Part shown: positions 1 through 8,749 of the stretch, one piece after another
Position numbering within the stretch: position 1 is the stretch's first letter
How the letters are laid out: each line of letters starts with the position of its first letter
Assembly (NCBI GenBank): GCA_038247275.1
Contig: JBBRVB010000001.1
Coordinates: 1 to 48,262, forward strand
From: Chroococcales cyanobacterium
GTDB lineage: Bacteria; Cyanobacteriota; Cyanobacteriia; Cyanobacteriales; Chamaesiphonaceae
DNA length: 48,262 nucleotides
Reading direction: 5' to 3'
Notes under the pieces: model-generated
The model's input: only the letters and a program-made list of their open reading frames with translations
Database searches by the model: none
What the model was told of the DNA's origin: nothing
Position numbers and translations under genes: made by a program

Positions 1-116
1 ACAGCCTCAATATCTCTATCTGCTATTTTTGCATTTTACCAAGTCTGGACTGGCTCGGCAGTGGTTTTGTGTTAAGAGTTACTAAGTGCCCACCCGCCAC
101 GATCTTTGATACTTAA

Positions 117-244
117 TTATGCCTTGCTACTTATTAGTTAGCAAGATGTAAACTAAAAGTGTTGCTTTGTGAATTCAGTATTATGCCCAGCTACTTATTA
201 GTTAGTAAGATGTAAACTAAAAGTATTGCTTTGTGAATTCAGTA
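117..244. repeat. 64-bp tandem duplication (2 copies)
   Basis: 117-180 and 181-244 are identical except at 4 positions (TTATGCC..GCTACTTATTAGTTAG.AAGATGTAAACTAAAAGT.TTGCTTTGTGAATTCAGTA). Confidence 0.95.
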
Positions 245-260
245 ATTAACTTTTCAGCTA

Positions 261-572
261 ATGACACCAACTAACGCACCAAAAGATCGAGATAGACGCT
301 CTCTAGATCGACAATTTAGAATCCTAGAAAGACAGCTAATTAGGCTAGAAGATACTCAATTGACAGGTAGAGAAGTAAATTACTCCTTTAACCATGTATA
401 TGATGAGATTGACGCACTTGAAGACCAGATCGATCGACGATTCGATCGACTTGAGAGCCAAATCGATCGACTGGCAACTAGAGTTGAGGAGCGATTCAAT
501 CGATTGGAGCGAAAATTAGATCTGGCGATATCGACATCGCTACACACCACGAGCAGATCGGGTGAGGATTAA
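261..572 (+). CDS. Hypothetical coiled-coil protein (103 aa)
   Basis: ATG-started ORF with a heptad-like C-terminal half (IDRRFDRLESQIDRLATRVEERFNRLERKLD). Confidence 0.7.
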   Translation: MTPTNAPKDRDRRSLDRQFRILERQLIRLEDTQLTGREVNYSFNHVYDEIDALEDQIDRRFDRLESQIDRLATRVEERFNRLERKLDLAISTSLHTTSRSGED

Positions 573-608
573 GCTATGTTTGCTAATTCCTCATCCCTAG
601 TACTTAAT

Positions 609-3074
609 TTAACTCCGTAAAGTTACCCGAAACTTCTCTACTAACGCATCGCGGATCTTCTGTTGCAACGGCTCTACTTCTACATCTGTCAAAGTTCGAT
701 CTGGTGCTCGATAGATCGATCGAATTGCCAAACTTCGTTGTCCATCTGGGACATTTGTCCCGCGATATTCATCGAAGACTTCTACCTCTTCCAATAACTC
801 ACCACCAGCCTTAGTTATCGATTTTTGGATATCTGCTAATGATAAATCGATCGGGGCAAAGAAAGCCAGATCGCGATCGGATGCAGGATAGGTCGAATAG
901 TTTTTAAAAACTGGTACCAACCGTTCTTCGGCGGCGAGATAATTGAGGATCGGATCGAGATTGAGTTGAAAGACATATACCGCCGCTGGGAGATCTTTTT
1001 CCTGACGCAGTTGGGGGTGCAATTGTCCGAAGTAGCCCAATTTTTGCCCCTGCAACCACAATGATGCGGTGCGTCCGGGATGTAGTTTCGGATCGGAGCG
1101 ATCTGCTTGATATTCTACGGGGATTTTGAGGCTGTGACAAACGCTATCGAATATTCCCTTGGCTTCGTACCAGGTAAGCGGTTGTGGCTTACCACCAGTC
1201 GTCCAGCGGCCGATCCCCGCATCGCCGCCGATGATGCCAGCAAGCACGTCGGTTTCGATTAATCCGGTTTCGTCGCGTCCGAATACTTTACTAATTTCAA
1301 AGCCTTGGAGTACGCCATTTCCTTGCGCGAGATTGGTTTGGAAACTTTGAATCAAACCGGAGATTAATTCCGATCGTAATGTTGCATATTCAGCAAACAT
1401 CGGGTTGATGATTTCTACCTGTGAGCCGTCATTTAGCTGCTCGATGGCATAGGAATATTGGATGACTTCATTTAAGCCGACAGCACGGAAAGCAGCGCGA
1501 ATTTGGCGTAATAATTCTTCGTCGAGGGAGAGGAAACCCGCCGCCGATTCTGAAGGGAGGGTATCCATGAATCGATCGTAACCATACAATCGGGCGACTT
1601 CTTCAATTAAGTCGATTTCCCGTTCCAAATCGCGGTAGCGGTAAGGCGGGACGACTACATCCCAGACGGTTTCTTCTTTATCATTTAACGTTACTGTCAG
1701 TTGACAACCCAAGGCACTCAGCGTCCGTTCGACATCCTCCGGCATAATTTCACCAGGTTCGCCATCATCATCGATCGGTCCTAAGATCTGATTCAACCGT
1801 TCCAACCGGAGTTTAATCGTGCGCGGTTGCAGCGTGAAATCAGGACGACGATCGCTGATATCCTGACAGACTATTTTACCACCAGCTAACTGGACAATTA
1901 GCTCGATCGCCCGATGAGTAGCTGTTTCCAGTTCGGCTAAATTGACACCACGCTCGTAGCGAGTTGATGCTTCCGATCGCATTCCGCCTTGACTCCGCGC
2001 CGATTTTCGCACGGCGACGGGATCGAAAATCGCCGCTTCGAGGACGATGTTTTGAGTACCTGTAGATACTTCGGTATTTTCACCACCCATGACACCTGCT
2101 AGGGCGACGGGGGTAGTATTAGCCGTAATTAGGAGGTTTTGAGCGTTAAGTTGTCGCGATTGACCGTCTAGGGTCTTGAGTACTTCACCTTTCTCCGCAA
2201 GGCGCACGCCCATCTGGATCGTTTGATTGCCACTAACAGCTTGCAATTTAGCCGCATCGAAGGCGTGTAAAGGTTGTCCCCACTCCAGTAGGATGTAATT
2301 TGTCACATCCACCACGTTATTAATCGGGCGAATCCCAGCGGCTTGGAGGCGACGTTGGAGCCAGTCGGGAGACGGTGCAATTTGGATACCTTCAATTAGG
2401 GTAGCCGAATAAACGGGACAAGCTTGAGCCTCGCTAACATTTACAGTTAATTGCGGTTGCTTGGCAATCGGCGACGCATCTACAGTTGGGAGTTTCAAGG
2501 CTCCGCCAGTCAGTGCGGCGACTTCTCTCGCAATCCCTACCATACTCAGCGCATCGGCGCGATTGGCGGTGGAGGAGAGATCGAGGATGACATCATCCAA
2601 TCCTAATAAGGGTCGCACGTCAGTACCAATCGCAGGTGTATCGGGATGCTCCGATTCGCCGAAAATATAAATTCCGTCTGAATCTTTAGTCAATCCCAAT
2701 TCCGAGAGCGAACAAATCATCCCTTCAGACTGCTCACCCCGCAATTTCGCAGGTTTGATCTTGAGATCGACTTTGGGCAAATAAGTCCCCACAGTCGCGA
2801 CAGCAACGTGAATCCCCGCGCGGACATTTGCCGCACCACAGACAATTTGCAGCGGCTCCTCGCCGCCGACATCGACAGTACAGACGCTTAATTTATCGGC
2901 ATTCGGGTGTTGAATCCGCGTCAGTACCCGCCCGACGACTACCCCATCCGCCCAAGTGCTACGATCCTCGATCGATTCAACTTCAAATCCAGCTAGAGTC
3001 AGGGTTTGCGCCAACGTCTCTGGATCTAGTTGGTACTCTACTAATTCTTTTAACCAATTTAAGGCAATATACAT
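609..3074 (-). CDS. pheT: Phenylalanine--tRNA ligase beta subunit
   Basis: 821 aa; N-terminal WLKELV, OB-fold [40 protein letters not shown]-terminal FDX-ACB (RDLAF...SLAIR). Confidence 0.98.
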   Translation of the reverse strand: MYIALNWLKELVEYQLDPETLAQTLTLAGFEVESIEDRSTWADGVVVGRVLTRIQHPNADKLSVCTVDVGGEEPLQIVCGAANVRAGIHVAVATVGTYLPKVDLKIKPAKLRGEQSEGMICSLSELGLTKDSDGIYIFGESEHPDTPAIGTDVRPLLGLDDVILDLSSTANRADALSMVGIAREVAALTGGALKLPTVDASPIAKQPQLTVNVSEAQACPVYSATLIEGIQIAPSPDWLQRRLQAAGIRPINNVVDVTNYILLEWGQPLHAFDAAKLQAVSGNQTIQMGVRLAEKGEVLKTLDGQSRQLNAQNLLITANTTPVALAGVMGGENTEVSTGTQNIVLEAAIFDPVAVRKSARSQGGMRSEASTRYERGVNLAELETATHRAIELIVQLAGGKIVCQDISDRRPDFTLQPRTIKLRLERLNQILGPIDDDGEPGEIMPEDVERTLSALGCQLTVTLNDKEETVWDVVVPPYRYRDLEREIDLIEEVARLYGYDRFMDTLPSESAAGFLSLDEELLRQIRAAFRAVGLNEVIQYSYAIEQLNDGSQVEIINPMFAEYATLRSELISGLIQSFQTNLAQGNGVLQGFEISKVFGRDETGLIETDVLAGIIGGDAGIGRWTTGGKPQPLTWYEAKGIFDSVCHSLKIPVEYQADRSDPKLHPGRTASLWLQGQKLGYFGQLHPQLRQEKDLPAAVYVFQLNLDPILNYLAAEERLVPVFKNYSTYPASDRDLAFFAPIDLSLADIQKSITKAGGELLEEVEVFDEYRGTNVPDGQRSLAIRSIYRAPDRTLTDVEVEPLQQKIRDALVEKFRVTLRS

Positions 3075-3103
3075 TTAATTTAATTGAGCTATGACGATCG
3101 TCG

Positions 3104-3127
3104 TTGGCGCACTCTCTCCAAAAGAGA
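3104..3127 (+). repeat. 24-nt short dispersed repeat in a degenerate HIP1-like site
   Basis: TCG|TTGGCGCACTCTCTCCAAAAGAGA|ATCAC; same length as, and similar to, the insert at 46583-46606. Confidence 0.65.
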
Positions 3128-3281
3128 ATCACCTATCTATTGTCATACAGATCGGGATTGCTGTCAGGGGTTGGCGGGTATTAGTAGTAGGGGAGAACGG
3201 GTTTATGTTAACCAGTCCAGATTTATCTTCTGTTGTCAGATGAAAAAGCACTGAGTACGATCGCTTTGTTAGATCTAATAG

Positions 3282-3542
3282 TTAGCTCGGTTCAATCTGA
3301 GAATTCAAATTATAAATATCTACGATTAGCTCGGCTTTTTTTGATTCTATTCGATTGATATTTTCTAGCTGCTGTTCTAGAACTATCTTCTCTTCTGGGG
3401 ACTGAGCAGCCGTAATTTTTCCTTCTAGATACCGAATTTTTTGGAACCACCTATGCTGGTGTCTTTCTGGGCTGATACATCCCATTGCCCCAGTTTCCAG
3501 TTCTAATATTTCTAATGTTCGATCGGTTAAAACTTCAGACAT
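3282..3542 (-). CDS. Small hypothetical helical protein (86 aa)
   Basis: ATG overlaps the end of the upstream GNAT gene by 8 nt, suggesting translational coupling. Confidence 0.7.
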   Translation of the reverse strand: MSEVLTDRTLEILELETGAMGCISPERHQHRWFQKIRYLEGKITAAQSPEEKIVLEQQLENINRIESKKAELIVDIYNLNSQIEPS

Positions 3543-4053
3543 TTTCTTCCATCAACTTTTTAGCTGCTTCAGATGTCAAAACCATTTCCGGGGCATTAAC
3601 TGACCCTTCGCCAGTTTCAACAAATCCCATTTTCCTGTAAAAACCAGCACTTCCGACTGCATCTACAATAATTCGACCATTATAACCTCGATCTGAACTT
3701 TCTCTGACGATCGAATGAATCAGGCTTTTTGCCGCACCCTGACAATAGTTCGGCAGAGTGGGTATCAAATTCCAAGGAGCCGTTGCTATATAGTCCAAGT
3801 ATAGATGGTCATTCATCTCAGTCACAATTGCTCCAGCTTGCAAAGTACCTCGCTCGTCTCTAATCCCTCGAAAATCAGCAGGTTGCAGTAGAGCTGTCTC
3901 TTGAATCAGAGATATTAACCTAGCATTTGTTTGGATGCGTCTGAGTAGCTCTAAATCATTAGTTTGGACGTTTAGATTGGTGGTGGTAGCGAATAGCCAT
4001 TCTCTTAATTGGCTATGTACAAGAGCATCAGCTAGATCGATCGCAAAAAACAC
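3535..4053 (-). CDS. GNAT-family N-acetyltransferase
   Basis: LYLDYIATAPWN...QGAAKSLI (motif A-like) and AGFYRKMGF (motif B). Confidence 0.8.
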   Translation of the reverse strand: MFFAIDLADALVHSQLREWLFATTTNLNVQTNDLELLRRIQTNARLISLIQETALLQPADFRGIRDERGTLQAGAIVTEMNDHLYLDYIATAPWNLIPTLPNYCQGAAKSLIHSIVRESSDRGYNGRIIVDAVGSAGFYRKMGFVETGEGSVNAPEMVLTSEAAKKLMEENV

Positions 4054-4080
4054 AAGTTAGATTATTTATACATTACTATG

Positions 4081-4105
4081 AAAAGGTGGGTATCACCCAC
4101 CTTTT
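4081..4105 (-). terminator. Hairpin downstream of guaA, related to the GGTGGGCA.TGCCCACC REP-like repeat
   Basis: AAAAGGTGGG-TATCA-CCCACCTTTT, a perfect 10-bp stem about 25 nt after the guaA stop. Confidence 0.7.
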
Positions 4106-4129
4106 TCAATAGTTCAAACTAATAGTAAA

Positions 4130-5761
4130 CTATTCCCATTCGATCGTGCCGGGTGGCTTGGAAGTTATATCATAAACCACGCGATTGACACCTTTTACTT
4201 CATTTACAATCCGGTTGGAAACAATCTCTAGAAATTCATACGGTACCTTCGACCAATCGGCGGTCATCCCATCTTCACTAGATACACAACGCAAAACGAT
4301 CGGGTGTGCGTATGTACGTTGGTCGCCCATCACACCGACACTATTTACATCGGCGAGTAGCACTGCGAAGGCTTGCCAGAGCTTGTCATAAAGTCCTTGT
4401 TTATTAACTTCTTGACGGACGATTAGATCGGCATCGCGGAGGATATTTAGTCGCTCTGCTGTTACTTCTCCGATGATCCGAATTGCTAATCCAGGGCCGG
4501 GAAATGGTTGGCGTTTAACGATTTCTTCAGGTAAGCCGATCGAGCGTCCGACTTTTCGCACTTCATCTTTAAATAATTTGCGTAAGGGTTCGACGAGTTT
4601 AAATTGTAAGTCTTTGGGCAAACCACCCACGTTGTGATGGCTCTTAATTTTAACAGCTACCCGTTCGCCACTTTGTGGATCGACATTAGTATCTGCGGAC
4701 TCGATTACGTCGGGATATAATGTCCCCTGTGCCAGATAATCAAATGGCCCCAAACGTTTTGATTCTGACTCGAATACGCGGATAAATTCAGTACCAATGA
4801 TTTTACGTTTGGTTTCGGGATCGGTGACTCCAGCGATCGCATTAATAAACCGTTCTCGTGCCATTACATATTCAACTTTAATATGGAATTGGTCTTTAAA
4901 TAATGCCACCAAACGTTCTGGTTCGAGCTTCCGCATAAACCCTTGATCGATGAACATACAAGTCAATTGGTCGCCGATCGCGCGGTGTAATAAGAATGCT
5001 AAAGTCGAAGAATCAACACCGCCAGATAATGCGAGTAAGACTTTTTTATCACCAACTCGCGCCCGAATATTTCTGATTGATTCTTCAACAAACGCTTCAG
5101 TCGTCCAAGTTGGTTGACAACCGCAAATGTGATAGACAAAATTGCGAATTAAAGCGAACCCACCGATCGAATGCACTACTTCAGGATGGAATTGCACCCC
5201 AAATAATTTGCGCTGATGGTTGGCGATCGCCGCACAGGGTGTATTCTCAGTGTGTGCCAACAGATCGAAACCTGTCGGGAGCCGTTCGCAGGAGTCGCCA
5301 TGACTCATCCACATTGTCGTTCCGGCTTCCACATTCGTCAGCAGATCTGTCGGATCGTCGATGAGTAGTTCGGCTTTGCCATACTCGGCTTTTTTGGCTT
5401 TGACTACTTCACCACCGAGTTGTTGTACCATTAGTTGCATTCCATAGCACACACCCAATACCGGAATGCCGAGATTCCAGATTTCGGGGTCGCATTGGGG
5501 CGCGCGATCGTCATACACTGAACTAGGACCGCCAGAGAGAATAATGCCCTTGGGATTTAAGAGTCTCAATTGCTCGGCGGTAGTCCGATAAGAAATGACT
5601 TCCGAATATACTTGCGTCTCGCGAATTCTGCGGGCAATGAGTTCCGAATACTGGGAGCCGAAGTCCAGAATGACGACCATTTGATGATTTAAGCTGACCT
5701 GTTCTAATGTACTATCAGTGGGCTGAATATTTGTGGCGTTAGTTTCGGTTTGTGTTGTCAC
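4130..5761 (-). CDS. guaA: GMP synthase (glutamine-hydrolysing)
   Basis: [45 protein letters not shown]. Start moved to GTG at 5761, which follows a GGGAG RBS. Confidence 0.97.
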   Translation of the reverse strand: MTTQTETNATNIQPTDSTLEQVSLNHQMVVILDFGSQYSELIARRIRETQVYSEVISYRTTAEQLRLLNPKGIILSGGPSSVYDDRAPQCDPEIWNLGIPVLGVCYGMQLMVQQLGGEVVKAKKAEYGKAELLIDDPTDLLTNVEAGTTMWMSHGDSCERLPTGFDLLAHTENTPCAAIANHQRKLFGVQFHPEVVHSIGGFALIRNFVYHICGCQPTWTTEAFVEESIRNIRARVGDKKVLLALSGGVDSSTLAFLLHRAIGDQLTCMFIDQGFMRKLEPERLVALFKDQFHIKVEYVMARERFINAIAGVTDPETKRKIIGTEFIRVFESESKRLGPFDYLAQGTLYPDVIESADTNVDPQSGERVAVKIKSHHNVGGLPKDLQFKLVEPLRKLFKDEVRKVGRSIGLPEEIVKRQPFPGPGLAIRIIGEVTAERLNILRDADLIVRQEVNKQGLYDKLWQAFAVLLADVNSVGVMGDQRTYAHPIVLRCVSSEDGMTADWSKVPYEFLEIVSNRIVNEVKGVNRVVYDITSKPPGTIEWE

Positions 5762-5901
5762 TGCGGACTCCCTTGAAGTTGATACCTGTAGACGCGTAAA
5801 TCTCCGACCGTCTGGATTTGAAATGAGCGACTCTTGGACTACAAGAGTGAGATCGAGCAAGATTTATAGTAGTCAATTAAAATATTTATATTCGATCGAC
5901 T

Positions 5902-7056
5902 TTAGCACAATTGAGTCAAAAATGTTCTCCCAGTTGGGCTAGTTGCGATAACTTGCCGAGTGCGATCGAATACTACCGAACCGACACTTACAGATTGCTG
6001 AGTTTGGCTATAAATATATGTTTGCGATCGATTATCGATCTTTTCTGTCAAATACCCATAAATTTTGGATACCCACTCACTCCCATCAGCTACATCCAGA
6101 TTGTGCAGATATTTGAGGACATCCTCGGCTGTCTCACCGTCGAATAACCCTGCTAATTGCCCTGCGGGTAACCCCATCCGCGCCGCTGCTGCAACTAAAA
6201 TTTCCAATCTTCCATCGGCTAAATGGTGATGAGTATGAAAAATCCCCCCCGCCAATTTAATCAATTTGCCATGATAGCCAAACAGCAATAACTTCGGTAT
6301 TCCTAATACTCCCGCCTCGGCTAATAATGGCCCCAACCAGTTCGCAGTCTTAATAATTCGATCGCGATTAATGCCCATTTTCTGCGCCAAATCTAACCCA
6401 TTCTCCCCAATACAAAACACCAACGGCAAGATCTCCCCATCTCCCTGTCTCCCGAACTGAACTGCCGTCCCCCCGTCCCCCCACTTAGCTCTCAATTCTG
6501 CCAAACAAGCATCCAGTTGTCCCGGCGCACTCAGTGGTTGCGAAATCCCCGTCGTTCCCAGCAATGAGAGTCCTTCAACTACCCCAAACGCCGCATTAGA
6601 AGTCCGAGTTGCTAAGACTCTCCCTTCTGGCAAAATAATCGTTACTCGAATCTTCTGTCCTGGTGCCAGTAAGGGGTCTAAATTCGCCTGGAAGAGCTGT
6701 CGAGCGTAACTATATATTGCGGGTAGATTTTCTAGATTTGATTGCTTGCCGACCCCTTCACCACCGATTAGCGCGATCGTTTCTACCTGGCTGGGATCTG
6801 CCCATTCGACTACCGTCCAAATCGGGGTATCGCGGGTGAGGTCTAAGTTATCGCCAGGATCGCTGTGGGTGATGCCCAAAGCCATATTAGATTGAATCAG
6901 CGCGACTTGCTCGATCGAGATTTCGACCGATTGGGGTGGGGTAATTAAATCTACAGTAACCACTGATTTATTTGTGGTAGTAGCTCTTTGTAGACATTGT
7001 AATGCCGCGATCGCGCTAGCCGTAGCAAAGACAGGTAGGGTATAACCAGAACGCAT
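5902..7056 (-). CDS. cbiD: Cobalt-precorrin-5B C1-methyltransferase
   Basis: RSGYTLPVFA, SDPGDNLDLT, RTSNAAFGVVEGLSLLGTTG, GYHGKLIKLAGGIFHTH. Confidence 0.95.
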   Translation of the reverse strand: MRSGYTLPVFATASAIAALQCLQRATTTNKSVVTVDLITPPQSVEISIEQVALIQSNMALGITHSDPGDNLDLTRDTPIWTVVEWADPSQVETIALIGGEGVGKQSNLENLPAIYSYARQLFQANLDPLLAPGQKIRVTIILPEGRVLATRTSNAAFGVVEGLSLLGTTGISQPLSAPGQLDACLAELRAKWGDGGTAVQFGRQGDGEILPLVFCIGENGLDLAQKMGINRDRIIKTANWLGPLLAEAGVLGIPKLLLFGYHGKLIKLAGGIFHTHHHLADGRLEILVAAAARMGLPAGQLAGLFDGETAEDVLKYLHNLDVADGSEWVSKIYGYLTEKIDNRSQTYIYSQTQQSVSVGSVVFDRTRQVIATSPTGRTFLTQLC

Positions 7057-7061
7057 GGTAA

Positions 7062-7086
7062 ACAGTTGACAGTTGACAGTTGACAG
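7062..7086. repeat. Heptamer tandem repeat (ACAGTTG)3
   Basis: Read directly; abuts the cbiD start. Confidence 0.9.
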
Positions 7087-7139
7087 CGAAAAGGTGCTTC
7101 ACTTGGGCTTTGTCCAAGTGAAGCACCTTTTCAAGAGAG
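7085..7139 (-). repeat. Hairpin mini-element, TCTTGA...TCGCT family (copy A)
   Basis: Perfect 19-bp inverted repeat GAAAAGGTGCTTCACTTGG / CCAAGTGAAGCACCTTTTC; ends match the copies at 35816 and 44603. Confidence 0.85.
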
Positions 7140-7193
7140 CGAAGTTTTGATAATACTGATAACCGATCGCGATTGGCAACCAGATCGCACATG

Positions 7194-7847
7194 TTAGACT
7201 TTCCAATGATTAACTATCAAAATTCCTACCAAGGAAATACCGATAATAATTATCGTCCAGAACCATCCTTCCTCGATCGCACCTGCTTGAACTGCAAAAT
7301 AGATTGCCATTGGCATTGTTTGGGTTTGCCCAGGGATATTTCCAGCGAGCATCAGCGTTGCTCCAAACTCGCCTAATGCGCGTGCAAAGCTGAGGACAGT
7401 CCCAGCTATAAGTCCAGGGATTGCTAAAGGCAAAGCAATATACCAAAACACGACTAGTTCGGAGGCTCCCTCTAGTCTCGCCACATCTAATAGTAAAGCA
7501 TCGATCTGCTCGAAAGCTCCTAATGCAGCACGATACATCAATGGAAATGATACGACGATCGCGGCGATAACTGCGGCATACCAGGTAAATACTAATCCCA
7601 AATTCCAGCGATCGAGTATTTGCCCAATCATACCATTTTTGCCAAGCAGGATCAGCAAGATAAAACCGACAACCGTCGGCGGCAAAACTAGGGGTGCAAT
7701 CATTATGCCCTCAATCAGCGATCGCGCTTTACCCCGATAGCGATACATTTGATAAGCGACAATTGTCCCCAATCCACAGGTAATCATCGTGGCGATCGTC
7801 GCTACTTTAAGTGAAATCCAGAGTGGGGATAAATCGGGGATTGACAT
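7194..7847 (-). CDS. modB: Molybdate ABC transporter permease
   Basis: PLVLPPTVVGF, EAA-loop-like DVARLEGAS, FARALGEFGATLMLAGNIPG. Start set at ATG 7847, just after the modA stop. Confidence 0.95.
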   Translation of the reverse strand: MSIPDLSPLWISLKVATIATMITCGLGTIVAYQMYRYRGKARSLIEGIMIAPLVLPPTVVGFILLILLGKNGMIGQILDRWNLGLVFTWYAAVIAAIVVSFPLMYRAALGAFEQIDALLLDVARLEGASELVVFWYIALPLAIPGLIAGTVLSFARALGEFGATLMLAGNIPGQTQTMPMAIYFAVQAGAIEEGWFWTIIIIGISLVGILIVNHWKV

Positions 7848-7851
7848 GTAA

Positions 7852-8694
7852 TTAAGATTGAGATTTGGCAACCCCAAAGCCATACTTTTTAAAGATAGCT
7901 ATTGCCGATTTACTGCGTAAAAATTCTACATATTGCCTAGATTTAGTGAGGGATTTACTCGACTTCAGAATGGCGATCGGATAGTTAATTGGCGAGTGCA
8001 ATTTGTCATCAGCAATTGCCACGATCTGCACTTTGCTAGAATTTTTGGCATCGGTGATATACACAATTCCAGCATCGACATCACCCGTTTCTACGGTAGC
8101 TAATACCGACTTAACACTATTCCCCATGACAAATTTAGATTTTACTAACTCCAAAATACCTAAATTCTGGAAAACTTCAGTTGCATATTGTCCGGCTGGC
8201 ACCGTGCGCGGTTCACCAATCGCGATCCGCTTAATTGCCGGATCGGTGAGCTGTCGCCAGTCAGTCAGAGACACCAGAGATTGTTTCGGTGCGATCAATA
8301 CTAATTGATTTGTTAATAAAGTGCTGGGAGTTCCCGCTGCTAATAATCCTTGTTGCACTAAAGCAGACATTTGTTGTGCTGCTGCGGCAATAAAGACATC
8401 GACAGGTGCGCCTTGTTGAATCTGTTGGGCTAAGACACCAGAGGCGGCAAAGTTATAGTTAATCGTTTGGTTGAGGTGGGCTTGGTATATTGGTGTTATC
8501 GATTGCAGAGCTGGCTGAAGGCTGGCGGCGGCGGCGACTAAAATTGGCGATGCTGGGGTACTCGCAGTTTGCCCGAACTGCTGCTGGTAACGATCGAAGC
8601 TGAAGCGTGTCAATGATAGTAGTACGATCGTCACCAAGCTCAAGAGTCCAACTCGCCAGAAATTCACACGCATATCCAGGGGTATTTTTAGCAA
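7852..8694 (-). CDS. modA: Molybdate ABC transporter substrate-binding protein
   Basis: VAAAASL, FAASGVLAQQIQQGAPVDVF, VPAGQYA, DAGIVYITDA. The start codon is uncertain. Confidence 0.95.
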   Translation of the reverse strand: MLKIPLDMRVNFWRVGLLSLVTIVLLSLTRFSFDRYQQQFGQTASTPASPILVAAAASLQPALQSITPIYQAHLNQTINYNFAASGVLAQQIQQGAPVDVFIAAAAQQMSALVQQGLLAAGTPSTLLTNQLVLIAPKQSLVSLTDWRQLTDPAIKRIAIGEPRTVPAGQYATEVFQNLGILELVKSKFVMGNSVKSVLATVETGDVDAGIVYITDAKNSSKVQIVAIADDKLHSPINYPIAILKSSKSLTKSRQYVEFLRSKSAIAIFKKYGFGVAKSQS

Positions 8695-8749
8695 CTCTTC
8701 AATTGTGACTAGCGATCGAGATCTTAATTTTCCGCTCTACTTATGGTAG

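Noticed and set aside
117-244. Possible CRISPR repeats
   Set aside because: Two contiguous copies with no unique spacer, and no cas genes.
3075-4129. Prophage or integrative element at guaA
   Set aside because: No integrase, att duplication or phage genes; only a two-gene islet.
5762-5860. N-terminal extensions of guaA (likewise tyrS 19407-19499, ispG 40260-40358, DUF3086 46108-46203)
   Set aside because: They come from longest-ORF calling at TTG or upstream starts; downstream starts fit an RBS or the family N-terminus better.
7057-7193. Cobalamin riboswitch upstream of cbiD
   Set aside because: No B12-box-like motif seen; the hairpin belongs to the dispersed repeat family.
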